Shown here: positions 29,001 through 43,700 of the stretch, one piece after another
How the letters are laid out: each line of letters begins with the position of its first letter
How positions within the stretch are numbered: position 1 is the first letter of the stretch
DNA from: Trichoplax sp. H2
Taxonomy: Eukaryota
Direction of reading: 5' to 3'
Length of the DNA: 64,000 bases
Assembly: GCA_003344405.1 (NCBI GenBank)
Contig: NOWV01000284.1
Coordinates: 1-64,000, forward strand
Notes under the pieces: generated by a model
The model's input: only the letters and a program-made list of their open reading frames with translations
Database searches by the model: none
Told to the model about the DNA's origin: nothing
Position numbers and translations under genes: made by a program

Positions 29001-32000
29001 GCGATATCAATGAGCTTAATTTGTAATTGGCTTTGGTGGAGCTTCCTCTCTTCAAGAGGCAATTTTTCACAGTACTGACGAAAATGATCAGCGAATTCGG
29101 CATAGTTCAACAATTTCTGTAGCCATCTTGTAAAAAACAAAACAACAATTAATACACTCTACCAGTATTTATGTTCGTGTTAGATGAATGTAATGATGTA
29201 AAATCATAGCAATAGTTGTGATATTACCTGTAATAGATTTCCAATTGTAGCTTACAGTGATCTTGGATAGTTTTCTTGAACTGATGCAATACTTGATAAA
29301 AAATATCCGTCAATTGATGGTGAATTATATTAGTCTTTTCTTGATGAATATTAATGGAATAAATTGGTATGGTTTTCCATTCCGGCCAAATATTTTGTAA
29401 TATGGATGTAATCTTTTTATCGTCTAGGCAAGAATTAGTATCATTTTCCGTGTCGATATTATAAACGAATACAGATGAATTAGACCAAAGCGCTAATGTT
29501 TTCATATCACCGATTGAATGGAAACCTTGTGTTAACTGGCTCATCTATAGAAGGAAATAGACTATTACAGCATGCAAATTAAATTTCTCTCTCTTTATAT
29601 ATGGTAGATCAAGTCTACTAAAACAATAATTGTTCAAAGTAATAAACTACTTTATAAAATTATCACTAATTTTATAAGTGAACCAGCCATTTTATAAATT
29701 ATTGTACATAAAGCATTAGAACCATGTACTGATATAAATTGGAGGTTAAACGACTGTTTAATAGATTTCTTTGTGGCAAACGAAATGAATTACTTAAGGA
29801 AACAGTCGATTTGCAATAGATTTGCAAGCACAATACCTCATGATTTAGTCTGGCAATGTCTCGGACAATATGAATTCGAAGGATAGAGGATTGTAACCAA
29901 TCTAGAATCGAGCTTTTCGTTTCTCCATTATACGCGAATCCATTAATGTTGACGATTTGGCAAGAGTCCTACAATAAAATTGACAATCGGCAGAAATTAC
30001 TGTAGGTAATTTTTCGTTTTTTAATGTGTAATGCTGATGAATATCCTATATTATCGTAAAAAATTTTATTTTCCTGCTCTAGTTTTAAAATTGAGATTTA
30101 AAGCAATATGGAAATAACGCATGCTACTGTATAGATTTGAAGTTAGATTCTAAGTTGTGATAAAATCACATACTAAATATTTTTTTGTTTATGTTGTTGA
30201 TGATTATCTAACGTTGTGAGAGCGATGCTGATATAGTATCTATTCTATCTCGTTATACAAGTTTTGTTGCTTACCAATATGTTCTAGGGTCTAATTTAGA
30301 GTAATGTAATGATAATTAATATTGCGCGATAAGATGTGAGATAAAATTTTAAGCTATAATAGTCGCACGAAACTTATTACTTTGCATATTGTTAATGCAC
30401 CTTTAAAGAAGGTAGCGGCCATTCTATTTCAATTAACTTGAATTTATTTTCACCACGATAACGTTGCAAGTAATAGCACGCTTGTTCTTCGAAGGATTGG
30501 TAATCATCTAGTTCACAAACTAGACTTTGATAACGCTTCTTGTCTCGAGGACTCTCATCCAAGCTATTACTATAAGGTGCTAGAATTAGTTTCTTGTCAG
30601 TGCCATAACGAACCAAGCAAATATCGGCTTCTGCTAAACAACTTTCCATAGGAATTTCTGTATTGGCTAGTAATAGTGCTAAAAACGGCGAACCCTGATT
30701 GCTAGCATCCCAGTGATCTGTCGTACATATATATCACAAATCATGTGCATTAGTATTATTCGCTATTTGCACTTCAGGTCAATTACTGGACTGTAGATCA
30801 AAATGAATCTATTCCTGTCTTTTGTAGATAAACTGCCTACTAGTTTTAAATTAGCCATACTGACCAACAGAAAGTAGAGTAAGGAAGTCAATCTGTTCAT
30901 ACTTATATAGAAATTGTCGCATCATGCGGAAAGTAGAATATGAAGTTAATCTTTCTTCCTCTTCACGCGTATATGTCGATAGAAATGGTTTAAACTTTTA
31001 ACTAATTCGGACTAGTTCGTAGTCAATAGAGTCTAAAAATCAATCTACCCGTATGCATACTTTATATAAGCTATTGAGTAGTTTACAAATCTCTAGCTTA
31101 CTTAATACGTAAAATCAATCTGCTTATATTTTGTATAAACTATCCAATAGTTCATTACAGCTGACAGAAAGTAGAATCTAAATATTAATTAGAAATAAGC
31201 GTAGCTTCGTACTAGTTCGTAGTTAATAGAGTCTAAAAATCAATTTGCCATATGCATGCTTTATACAAACTATCGAGTAGTTTATGAGTCACTAGCTTAC
31301 TGTAATACTTAAAATCAATCTATTTATATTTTGTATAAACTGTCTAATAGTTCATAATAGCTAACAGAAAATAGAATTCAAATATTGATAAGATATTGTT
31401 GTAGCTTTATAGTAGTTCAGATAAGCTTACGGTAAATAAAATCTAAAAATCAATCCATACGTATTCAGAGTTTCAAACAAATTTTTGGCGCATTATTAGT
31501 TATGAACCACTAATTTGTAAAAATCAATCCATTCGTTTTTGTACCGTAACTATCTAATAGTTTATGCTAGCTGACATAGCGCAAGAGTCTAAATATCGAT
31601 AAAAAAACTGATTTACACTTTCAAGTAGTTCGAATTGGCTCATGGCTAACAGAGTCTAAAATCCAATCTAAGGGTATGTATAATATTATATAAATTATGA
31701 AATAGTTTCTGATCGAGTGGTTTACAATAATTACATAAAAATTGATCCGATCATATATTTTCTGTACAAGCTATGAATAGGTCATGCCAGCTGACAAAAA
31801 GTAGAACCTAAGAATCAAATTATTTCATACATTTATGTAACCTATCAAGCGGGCCATGAGAGAACGTAGGGTGTGAAAACTGAATTTGTTCAGAATTCTA
31901 TATCATGCCTTAATTTAAGTCTCACTTTCACGGTGGTGTATTACTGATATCTAGTTTCCTAAATTCTTGCCGACTACCTCATATTTTATGAAGTGATATG

Positions 32001-33198
32001 TAACCACTTTGTCTTATGATAGCATTAAGACAAACTATATATTTCTTACCGATTATACATATAGTTTTTGATCCTGACTTTAGTGATAGAATGGTTTGGT
32101 CCAGATAAGTTTGGTAATTGCCAACTCTTAAAGCGATATACTTTAAACTGGCTTCATCAAGTGCAGTAATAATATCTGGGGCTTTCTGATAAATTTCGTA
32201 CATGGATTGGCATTTTTGTTGAGAGTCATTGATTGCCGTAGATAATACAGTTGTGAGCTATCATGATTAAGAATAAAGCATTCAATAGGGCAAAAAAATT
32301 GAATATTTTAATAAGTGATCTATGCGGCAGGCTATATTCAATAAATATGAAATGAACAAAACATTTTAAATAAGGAAATGATTGAACTTAATGCAATCAT
32401 TTTTCGTACTAAGGCCCTTGCCTATGCTCTCTAAGAGACGATGATCAAGCTTTTATTTATTCCTTTTATACGCATTAAATGAATAAATCGTAATATTGAT
32501 AAATCGCTAGAAATTTATCTTCTGCAGTCATGATTTTATCTAGCAAAATATTAGATTTTAATGTACTATGTTCTATAGTTCAATACGAGATTCAGCAATT
32601 CTCTTGGGGATATTGATATTGATAGTCCAATTCTCTAATTGCTTAGAACAACAGGACAATGAGAATAGAAATCTGAATTTCATCTTGAATTCAAAATAAG
32701 AAATTTCGAGAGATGAATTTATTAAATCTTAAAGTACCCATTTTCAGCACTAAAGTCCTTATACACTAAAAGAGATCAAGATCAAGTTTATGTCTATTTC
32801 CTATAGAACTTTTTAAATTAATAAATCATAGAATCGATTTTCCATCAGAACTTATCTATTCTAGTGGTCATTTTATCTACCAAAATATTTGATTTAATAT
32901 ATAGTATTCCATGGTTGAGTACAGGATTTAGCGAAATTTAAAGGGACATCGACAAGGCTAGTTTTTGTACGCTAATAACTTAGAATAACAGGATGATAAG
33001 AATAGTAATTAGAATTTCGTCACTTACGTCTTTTCCTTGCTGAAATTGCGATCGAATAATCGATCTTAACTTGGTTTTAACTTCGGAAATAGAATTTACT
33101 GATTTAATTTTGACATTAAAGGATCTTAATAGTTGAAATCCTTCTTCTAGATCATAAAGTCTGTCAATTTCCTCTTCAGTCAGGTAATCTCCAGCCAT
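25895..33198 (-). CDS. Paralog B: pseudo-GTPase (dynamin-like) + helical region + near-canonical protein kinase, ~1030 aa, 8 coding exons
   Basis: Exons 33198-33028, 32257-32050, 30717-30401, 29968-29837, 29544-29228, 29126-27954, 27084-26805, 26389-25895; phases compatible. G1 position reads ICIIDHWDASNQGSPFL and G3 position CQIVNING. Kinase IGTGIIG, LLIK, EIDALRKLKHKNIIQYYG, HRDLKLDN, VKLTEIG, YSAPE, DIYSFSLMLWEMWYG. Confidence 0.88.
30800..31850. repeat. Intronic degenerate tandem array (alternating ~80-120 bp subunits, ~200 bp higher-order period)
   Basis: Recurrent AAAATCAATC, AGAGTCTAAA, GCTGACAGAAAGTAGA and ACTAGTTCGTAGT motifs in intron 2 of paralog B. Confidence 0.75.
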
Positions 33199-34761
33199 GA
33201 TGAAGTCAATATTTTATGAAAAAAATCTAATACCAGGACTAGATACAAAGTCAATAATGAGATAGGGTAGGATGGAATATTTCATTATTCAGTCAGATAA
33301 GTCATTATAAAGATGTATTATTGAATTTTTTATTATTTACATTATTTGAATTTGCTTGGATTTTATTTATACGTGTTCTATATTTATTTATTTATGACAG
33401 GTGAACTTTGAAGCCTTGCCTATGGCAAGTATTTCTATTCATGGCCGCATTGTTCTTATAGAATATCAATTAATAAATAATAACTATTAGCCGAAAAAGC
33501 AGTAGCATCGTTTCTATAGTAATAGCAAATCTTATTTGAAGAACGGGTTACTATCGCGTAAGTTCTATTGAGAATTATACAACCTATCGTAATTTTACGT
33601 ATAATAATAGTAGAGAAGGTATGTAAAAGTTTTCAGTTACAATATCATAGCGGAGAAATTCAATATAGTCGATGGTAATAACAGTCTTCAGTACAAAGTC
33701 TATATCGTATTCTTATGTTCAATTCAACATTAAATGAATTATTTTTAAGTCATAAAATTTGATTAGCGATGAAAAAAATTACCTACTGATCGTGAGATCA
33801 CACCGTTATACTCCTATATGGCATAGAAAACTAATAGCTGACCTAATGACCGCGAAAGTTGACTATCCTGAATACTCCTTAACAAACATTTTCGTATTTG
33901 ACACAACCCTGCAGTATGAGTATCTGATCTTAAATCTACTGTAGCTTATAAACAATAGCAATACTAAAAGCTACCCTCTAGCTATTGCATCCTGGCGAAT
34001 TTTGATCATTTTTCGTGTATCTATGTTTGCAATGGGAATTTTTTCCCCAGTTAGAATACTAAGACGATACACAGAATTAAATGCCGATATACCTCATATA
34101 GATGACGATTCTAGTAGTCTCCTGTAGAAGAGCCGTATTTCCTGCTCTTCTATTTGATTAGAAATTGAATAAATTAATGCTGAATCACAATATTTGGTAG
34201 GCTGTATTATACATAAATATGCTTAAATTACTTAGTAATAGCAATTCTACATCAAATCTCGGCATCACGCGCAGTATATTTATGATTGAGGTCAAGACAT
34301 TTAATAATTCATGATTACTAAAATTTGCACCAGCTGATATTTTCATTCTTACGGTATCTATAAGGTTTTTAATATAAATTCACCACTACACAAAGATTTT
34401 TTCAAGTACTTTATTACAGCTATCATTTGTGGTCGAGGCAGCACCGTTTAGTTGTTATAACAAATTTTAAATATTACAATGCAAAGGACTATAACCATTA
34501 ATACTCTTATTACTGATTTATGATTTAAAAAATCCATCGAGAATTGGTCCAATATGCTAATAGCTATAGGTGCCAGCAAAATTGCAACGACTCCATTCAA
34601 GGTATTAAATAATATTAAAACTAAGACTAACTAAGATGAAGATTTCATAAAATGTAGTGAACAATCAATATAGATCGATTATTAAGTTATTTTATCATGA
34701 TATTAATACATTCTTTCCGTAAAATGATATCAGATCCTACGGACTCCAGATAAGTCTTAAA

Positions 34762-37700
34762 TCAACAATCTTTATATGTACATTTTGAAAGACAAAGCAG
34801 AATGTCCGCTGTTGTTGGACGAGAAACCGGATTCAGAGACCAACATTGAACCATTAAGTCTATCCAAGCTTTTGGCGGTTGTGGTGTAAATTCCAATGAA
34901 GGCCTCTTGCTTTGAGTGATCGCATCGATATAATTTTTCTCGTCAATCTCTTTCTTATCGTCCTCCTTCTCTGGCATAGCTTCTTCAGCATAACTTCCGT
35001 ACCACATCTCATACATTACCATAGCAAAACTATAAGTATCTGCTTTGACATTATAAATTCGTTTTCCGGTCAATACTTCTGGCGCTATATAGAAGTGAGA
35101 CGATGCATCGTCTTCCGGTTGTGAAGAAGTGGTAACATATCCAAATTCACACAGTTTAATTTCATTGCTATGCGATAGCTACCCAAAAAAATATGGAATG
35201 TATGTAATGAGTCACTGTTTCCGTATCAATTTCGATAAGTACTCGGTAAAGTAACCTTTACGAATAATTAACGAAATGAAAATAAATTCCATTAATTAAA
35301 CATTGGAATAATGCTCCCTTTTTGGATACTACTACTACTCAAATTAACGGCATATCCGTATAATAGCGGTTATTACCGTAAATTCATGAATTCAGTAATA
35401 TTATATAATCAATGACGATAGAAATACTTTTAGGTATGAGGTTATCTTGAGAATGAAATATCGGTCAGTACAAAATCGAAATTAATGCATTGTTATGGTT
35501 TTAATTTGATACTCACAGTGTACAGTATAATATGCTGTTATTACCTTGAATTTACGAATTTAGTGATTTTATAATTACTGATGATAGGCATATTTTTAGT
35601 CATAAAACTATCTTGAGAATGAAAGAGGGAACAGCCCAGAATGGAAATTAAAGGATTATGGTGTTTCAAATTTAATAATTACGGTGGATTGTATAATTTG
35701 CAAGTCTATTAATCTCGTAATAAGAGTGCTCTTATGTTGCAACATATTATGAAGAAATCAATAACTGCAAAACTGGTGATGCCGGAATGGTTGTACGACA
35801 TCATTACAGAATAATTAATCTTACGGCGCTTAATGCTAGACAGTTGTACCACCGCGTAAATTTTAAGATTCTTTCAGTATTAACTAGCTGAGTAATACTC
35901 TAGTTATAAGTCCTACGTTCTATAGAAAGTAATAATAATCTGCACGATGATTCTACAGTCCTGAGTATCAAGATAATTATCCGGTTTATCTTAGCTGAGT
36001 GTCGTTTCTGGATTTGACTGATTTTCAAGTAAGGAATTACTATATAGAGAGTAGGGACTGGTAGATATATGATTGGTATAGAATTGTGATTGATTAAAAA
36101 TTGGCTAAGTCTGATTATCCGGTTTATCTTAGCCACTCTCGACTGTTCTTATGAGGGAGGAGAAGTGATTTACGACGGACCTCCCAGAACTTAATTTGCA
36201 TAGCGGTTTAATAAACCCTTTGAATTTTAAGGCTATGTCTATATCGGCTATTCTTATTGTGAGATAAGATAGTGTTTTGCTAATTCTAGCAAATTGAATA
36301 AATATAAGCGAAGTGAAGTAAGAGAGATCTTACAATAGTATAGCCATAATATTTTATTTGCACTTTTAAAATTACACCGACTTACAGCAATTGTGTCCAA
36401 GTTTAAATTCTTGTAGATATATCCATAGGTATGCATATAATCTAGTGCCGAGATGATTTGAGTTGCATAGTGAATGACAACATGATAGGTTTCCATCATA
36501 TTCGTATCATGTTCATCATAATAAGATGGAACATTGGCCATATAATCAAAGAAATAACTTCTCAGAGTCATTTTAATCTGTTCAAAGGCTAAATAAGGTG
36601 ATTGTATTCGCTCCGGATCCACTACCAAACCATAAAATGCAATAATATTGCGATGATTTAAATTTCTAAGATGTTCAAAATGAAATGATATTAAAATAAA
36701 ATATTTACTGATATCATCATCGATGAAAGAAAAACTGTAACTTCATAGGTATATGTTAAATTTTTAAATTGATATAAATTACAATAGCGTATCCTTAAAT
36801 GAAGCTTTGATAAGTTACTTCGTTAAGTAAGAGCAGCAGTAAGAAAACAATTATAAATACTGTTTCAATCATCGGCTATGATAGATGTTGTCAAGCCCAT
36901 AACAGGTGCAGTAATAATCTTATATTTCCTGATATTGCTATCAACTACTTTGCTACTGAATGGTAATTGTATGATTTTCATTGGATTCATATATTAAAAT
37001 CTTTGCGCTATAACTGCTAAATGATTGATGCTATAATTTCAATCCTTGAGTTAATTTTTTTAAGTTTAGTAATTTGAGCAATACTTGAATATAATGCAGA
37101 TATAATATCAGTGAGTAGTAATAAGTCAAATTTAATACACTAAAGAGTTAAGATCAGAGATAGATAGCTCCAATGCTATTTAGTGCCCTTTCATTAATTT
37201 AGCGATTTTTACTTTAGCTAAATTATAATATTGGCTTCAAAGTAAGGCATCAAACATTTTTAGATTATTTGAAACATTACACTTTTTCAACCTTCAGAAA
37301 GCTATGGACTACAGTAATCGATGAACGTAAATTAATATCCATGAAGGGATATATGAAATTTATATTACCTCAAGATCGATTCAGTGTTGAGAACTTGAAG
37401 GATACACTTTGCTTCATCTTGATTAATGTCGTTGTCGGCAGGTTGATTAGTTATATTTAATGTTATTGGAATAATTTCACCCCCGCATTTTTTTAATCGA
37501 CTAAAGTACATGCTACTTTTCTCCTGCTGAAGAATTGGATTTTTCAAATTTAAATCGAGTATATCTTCCATTTTGTAAAATTGATGCTGTTTTAATTTTG
37601 TATACTTAAAGGTAGCAATGTCCTCTAATAATTGTTGGCCAAATTGCAGTATATCGAGTGTGTCTTCATAGATGAATTGATTATTATGGATATGATTTAA

Positions 37701-40700
37701 CTCTTTTTGTAATAAAGATTTTTCGGTTTTAAGTATACCTGGTATTTCTGAGCTCATTTTAGTATAATATTCAATAATTGGCTTAATATGCCCTTCCACT
37801 AATGAATTCAATCGGCCGGGCACAGTAATAGATTCAAGGGATGCTTCCACTATTTCTTGGACATATTTTATCTTGTCCTTATTATATTTATGCTTTTTAC
37901 GCCTTTCCGATAAGCTTGTAAGTGTAAATTTAAATCCCATAACGGGCAATGCAATGACAGCTGCTAACAAGCCTGCCGGTACCCAAATTGGTGAAGTTAC
38001 TCCTATGGCTACTTTCTCGCTGGTTGAAAAAGCACGATGAAATAGTGAATTGGATGGATAAGATGCTTTACCATGACTTGTTATCGTGGAATGAACAATT
38101 ACTTCATTACGATATTTATCTAATGTATTTGCAATAGCACCAAATTTTTCCTCTAATCGTTCAATAAGTTCTCTGCGAAATTGAGCAAACATTTGCTCTT
38201 TTTCCTCCCATTCATTAACAATGGTTATATAACGCCGATTAATTTTCTTTTGGATAATACTATCAATTATTTTCATACCTTCACCGGATGGCAGATCACT
38301 ATCAGACCATTGAAGTAACTGTTCTTTGGCTTGCGGTGATTGCAGAAAGCTAACGATATTATGAATGATGGTTTCCTGCTTCTCTTTCATTAGGTCCATA
38401 GTATCTTTCAAGACATCTTTCTCTTCAACTTCAATAGTTAATTGATCCAAAATTTTTAACAAATTTTCAATTTCTTCTTCTCTTTGGTGATGGTTTTTGT
38501 CGAAATTTTGTAGTCTTACACGGTAACGAAAGAGGATGGAATCGAGTAGATTCTGCAAAGTTCTGTAAGTTTACACCGAAAATGTATCATTCATTATTAG
38601 CAAGCGAATGTAATTAAAACTGTATAAATAATATAAGTATATATTTGATATTCGCAGTAATTATTAGGCACAGTAAAATTCAATAAGTAAAATTTGGGGC
38701 TATGAAATTTCTTTGTTTATACTACATCATTTTAAGCAAGTTATAGTTTAATACGTTATTGGCGTTAAGAATTGCAAGATTTTCTAAATCATTTTCTAAA
38801 CATTTTGAAATAGCAACTGCTATTTATAATACTAGCACTAGGTTTAGAATAGGATGTCTCAACTAGGAAAATGATAAATCATTCTTAATGCAAGTGTAGC
38901 TGAAAAGCTAATCGCAAACACTTACTCGCCCTGCTTGAGCACTTTGTCATTCATACCATCTATAACTAGCCGTTGTAGACCACCAATGATACAGTATAAT
39001 TCGTCGGAAATATAGCCAAGATGGAAATAATGGATAGCTTTAGTAATTGAAAGGAAATGGATTTGCGTTTCAGTGCATCCTCTCCAGTAAGTTAACATTT
39101 TTGCACGAATTTTATTTTGTAAATCTTCTATCGATTCTTGCGGCATCATGTAGTCTTTGTGTGTGCATATAAATATGACAGATTTGGGAGATAATCGTTC
39201 GAAAAGCTTCTGATATTCATAGTACATGATGGATAATAGATCCATAAACTAGGCATAGATAAATGGAAGAATAGTATGCTTATAATTATAATTTTCATAG
39301 GCGAAGCATTGACATTGGACAATTTCTCTATGTATCATTTATATAGACTGAATCACTTTTGCATTATTCACTACCATGTTTAATACTTTTTCTTAATATG
39401 TACTTGGTTTCTACAGCACTTAGTTTTTGGTCATAGTTATCAATTAGATGCTCTTAAGTGATGTCTACAGATATCAAATTACGACAAATTTTCGTGTAAT
39501 TGGATCCAATTATTTTGTAGCTTTGTAGAGATCCTGCTAATCATATTATTAGCTTACTCTTATTAAATTATGATAATTCCTTACCAAATTACATAATCTG
39601 TGCTAACATGGTATTAAATCGCTCTTGATATCTTTATGTAATTGATTAATGTACTAAATCTTCGGTAATGTAGTCTACATTAAGTAATTATTAAATCAAA
39701 CTATCTAAACTTGAGTTTTAGGATTGGTCAAGTTTATCTACTTATAATCGTTTATTCACATACCTGGTTTTCTTGTAATTTAACATCATCATCACATCGT
39801 GTAACATAAATAACTCCAGTAATTAAAGGTAAATAGCTCATTAACTGTTTAATAGTATCTTCTCCCGTATCGATTCCTGGTGTGTCAATAATCACTAAGC
39901 CGTGCTGGTAAAAATGAAATTATTTATAAGTTAGTTTAAAGAAAGAATGTATAATGATAATATCCTATAGGTTAGAAGACACATGTAGCATTTGTATTGC
40001 CTAATGTAACTGATGATTAGAAGTACTGTATATCGTTTCAAGATACAAAAGTATTGGAATTAAGAACGTTATGGACTCGTTATATTATGCCCAATCTGCT
40101 TTATATTCCATTAAATAGAGATGGGATTTGTTATGTTTTGATGACGATAAAATTGCTTTGAATACAATACATGCTTTCAACATTAAAATTGAAAAAATGT
40201 TAATTGGTCGATATTATGCCGAAATTGTTGCTTCATTTATCACAAGTACTTTAAATGCAATTTTTTCTAAAAACCCTGTATAAATCAATCGTTGTAAATT
40301 CTTGCGTAATCAATTTTATTAACGAAGCAATAGAGCGAAATGCCTTTAATTGGTGAATGCAGTATTTAATGGCGTTAGAATCACTCGCTACGCTGTATTG
40401 GAATTTTATTTGCTATCAAAAGAATAGCTAAAATATCGAAGTAGTAATAAAAAATGCATATAGCTACTAATAACCTGGTAATTAAAGCTGAAAGGAACAA
40501 ATTGGAATTAATGACCCAGAAGTAATTTTGAATAGCCACATAATTCTTGAATTCCCTTTAGTATGAGTTTGAAATTATTGTGAATGCTAACAAATAACGA
40601 TATTCTATCGAAAAAACGATAGGAAATAACGGATTAACTAGAAGTAAACTAACTTTTATCCATAAATGCTGACCATGCTAATGAACTAATTAAATAAGGT

Positions 40701-43700
40701 GGTAGGTTTAATCACTAGACAGAATTGAAAGCTATAACCATTACCTGCAGAATAGCTAAATACTGTTACAGCAAGAAATAGACTGTATTAACTATGAATA
40801 ATTAGTATGCAGTTCAATTGAAATCAATGTTTCAGAAATCACCATCAATAGCTATAAAGTATACTTATTTAATTCTCTACATTGGAAATTTGAAATTATC
40901 GTGAATGATAATAATTAATATGGAACAATATTCGGTTCTGGCACATCAGTAATCTACTTGGAAAACTGCAGGAAACGATGGGTTAACTAGAAATTAACTA
41001 CCGTAACTTTTGTCCGTAAAAAAGAAAAGAAATCATACCAGTTAAGTTTAATGTAAATAAAAAAGCAATAGATGAAAATTTGATGAAATAACTAACAGGC
41101 GAAATTGCTATAATTAGGGTTAGACAAACCTAGATATAAATTTACCTTAAGAATTGGTAAAGGTAAGAAAATTTCTGCTCTTTGATAATAGTTATTTTGA
41201 TCATCACAGCAACTTGTAAAATTGATCAATTGCTCAGAAAATCCAAGATTATGATCTAATTGGACAATAATGGGCTCTGAAGAACCGTGACAATCCGTAT
41301 ATAAGTGTATAGCAGGGCGTGTGCTATAATGCAATTCACAAGGGCATGTAGTAGGGAATTCGAAACCATTGGGTAAGATATCATAGCCAAGAAGTAAATT
41401 GATAAAACTGCTCTTTCCCGCACCGGATTCTCCTAACCATTGATGAAAATAATAAACAGTATTAGTAACAACTTTACTAGGAGACCTTTTTCAGCACATT
41501 CTTCTGTTTCAATACGATCTGAAACAATCTTAAATTACCTACTACTAGTAAGCGACATCGAGTATCCGCCAATTGAGTAGAAATGGTCTGTAGTTTATGA
41601 TCCACATTAAACATGGCTGCATGCCATTCTTCTCTCATTAGCTCGTCTGCCGATGCTACAATATCGTCATGGAAAGCATTGGTCAGTCTCATCAACTCTA
41701 TCTTATTTTCTTCGCATGCTTTTACTGATTGATTGATGACCGTGGAAAGCTAATCAAAAACGTAATAACAACGATAGCAAAATGTCAATAAGCTATGAGT
41801 TAATAAGTATATGTACAGTATAAGTAAGTAGGATTGAATTCAAACATTAAATTATGGAATGGATAAAATATATTACATCCTTTCTATTCGACCATCTAAT
41901 GTAAATAATAAAATAATTGAACTGGAACTTAGCGTATCAGTATTGATTCTATTCTTAATATGTAGTTTAAGTAGCAAAAATATTCAATTGTTAGCATGGT
42001 AGGATGGTTTAGTTATGATATATTCAGTGCATGGAAGGATCATATCTTTTCCTAGACTATATCTGCAAATGCTAGCGAAATGGACAAAGCTATTAGTAAT
42101 CATTCCTTTCCATCATTTAGAGAATAATAGTAGAAAAAAATTTGTTGGTTTAATGCTAGAATAAGAAGACCAGCAACAAATCTCTGCTAGCGGTAAATAG
42201 TATGAACAATTTTGCCTTTAACTTGTTTTTTTAACTAGCTCTCGAATACTTATGAATTCATCAGCGTAGCAGCATTAGTCTAAATAGTTCGGTAGTTGTT
42301 GTACTATATAGATTAATACTAAAATCATAACTGAATAATTTTACTGGAGTATGTATGGGCTAATTCGATTGAAACGAATTATTTATTGTTTAATCAGCAA
42401 ACCCTTTATCGATACATTGGATAGCTTAATAGGATAACTTTGTAAAACAACTGTAAATGTCAGTTATAAGCTATTTTCTCGAAGGCTTCTCCTAGCTATC
42501 AATGGTCATTGGTCTTGGTTTGAAACTTGAATCTTAAAGATCCCTTTGACTTGATCAATTTTGCCAAAGGTTGTTGAACTACAGACAATAACCAAGTAAT
42601 CAATGAAACTAGTAAATTCCGTTAACTTGTGCATGGGATAAATCGATGGAAAGGAATATTATTTTACGTTCTGTAGCAAGCTCTTTATTAATATATTGGA
42701 TAACCCTGATAGGACTCATTTTTGAAATAGCTAGAAATGACGACTATAGGATATTTTCTCTAAGGGTTTTCCTGGCCATCGATGGTCATTCGCCTTGATT
42801 AGAAACTTAAATCTTAAAAGATCCCTTTGATTGGCCATTTTTACGAGTGGTTGTTGGGCTACAGTCAATAGCCAAGTAATCAATGAAACTAACGTAGTAA
42901 ATTCTGCTATAGATCTACTTGATTGCAGCCAAGAAGTTAGCCTGTTAATTTAAGAAAATCCAAGTAGCTAAGTTCATTAGCTTGCTCTCTTTACTGAATC
43001 GGATGCTAGTAGCTGATAAAATAGACGTTTCTTCATTTGTAATTCCATTCAATAAGGAATGCTAAGATGATATTCAAACAGCAATCATGTGGTTTAATTT
43101 TGACTAGTCTAGATGGGAATGCAAATTATAGACACATAGGATGATACTGAATATTTTGCTTGTACCTCTTACCACAATCTACTACAAGTAATGCCGTTTT
43201 TCGAAATATAATTTGTTGATTTAAGCCGTAACCACAATTTTTTGTTAAAATCGATAGTATGTCAGGCTTTTCTTTGGTGTGTTCGGGCCCGCACTACAAT
43301 AGTTTTCTTCCTTCAAAGATGGTAGAAGATCGTTCCTTTTTCATGCAATTGATTTATACGGTGTTCTTAATTGCACTCATTATCGAAGTTGATTCATGTT
43401 ATTACAAATAATATAATTACCTTGAATTATTACCAGATTTTCTGGTAATTGTTGCGGTTGAAGTGGTGAAAAACTTTACTTTTACATTATTTTTTTTGTA
43501 CGGTATATCAAAATTTCTGCCTGACTTATTGATGTAAACATGTCATGTAACCATTATCGAAGTCCTCAAGAAGACTTTCTTTTAATGAATTAGATTATAC
43601 ATGGCCTTGTCTGTATAAATTATAATTGTAGATGTTCATGCTCTACTTGTTCTTGGATAAAAAATTACCGATATAATTTTTCAAGCTGAGTATCAATTGA

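Noticed and set aside
25953..35124. Antisense or alternate-frame ORFs over kinase exons (25953..26156, 28024..28215, 28909..29103, 34912..35124)
   Set aside because: These are shadow ORFs of real coding exons.
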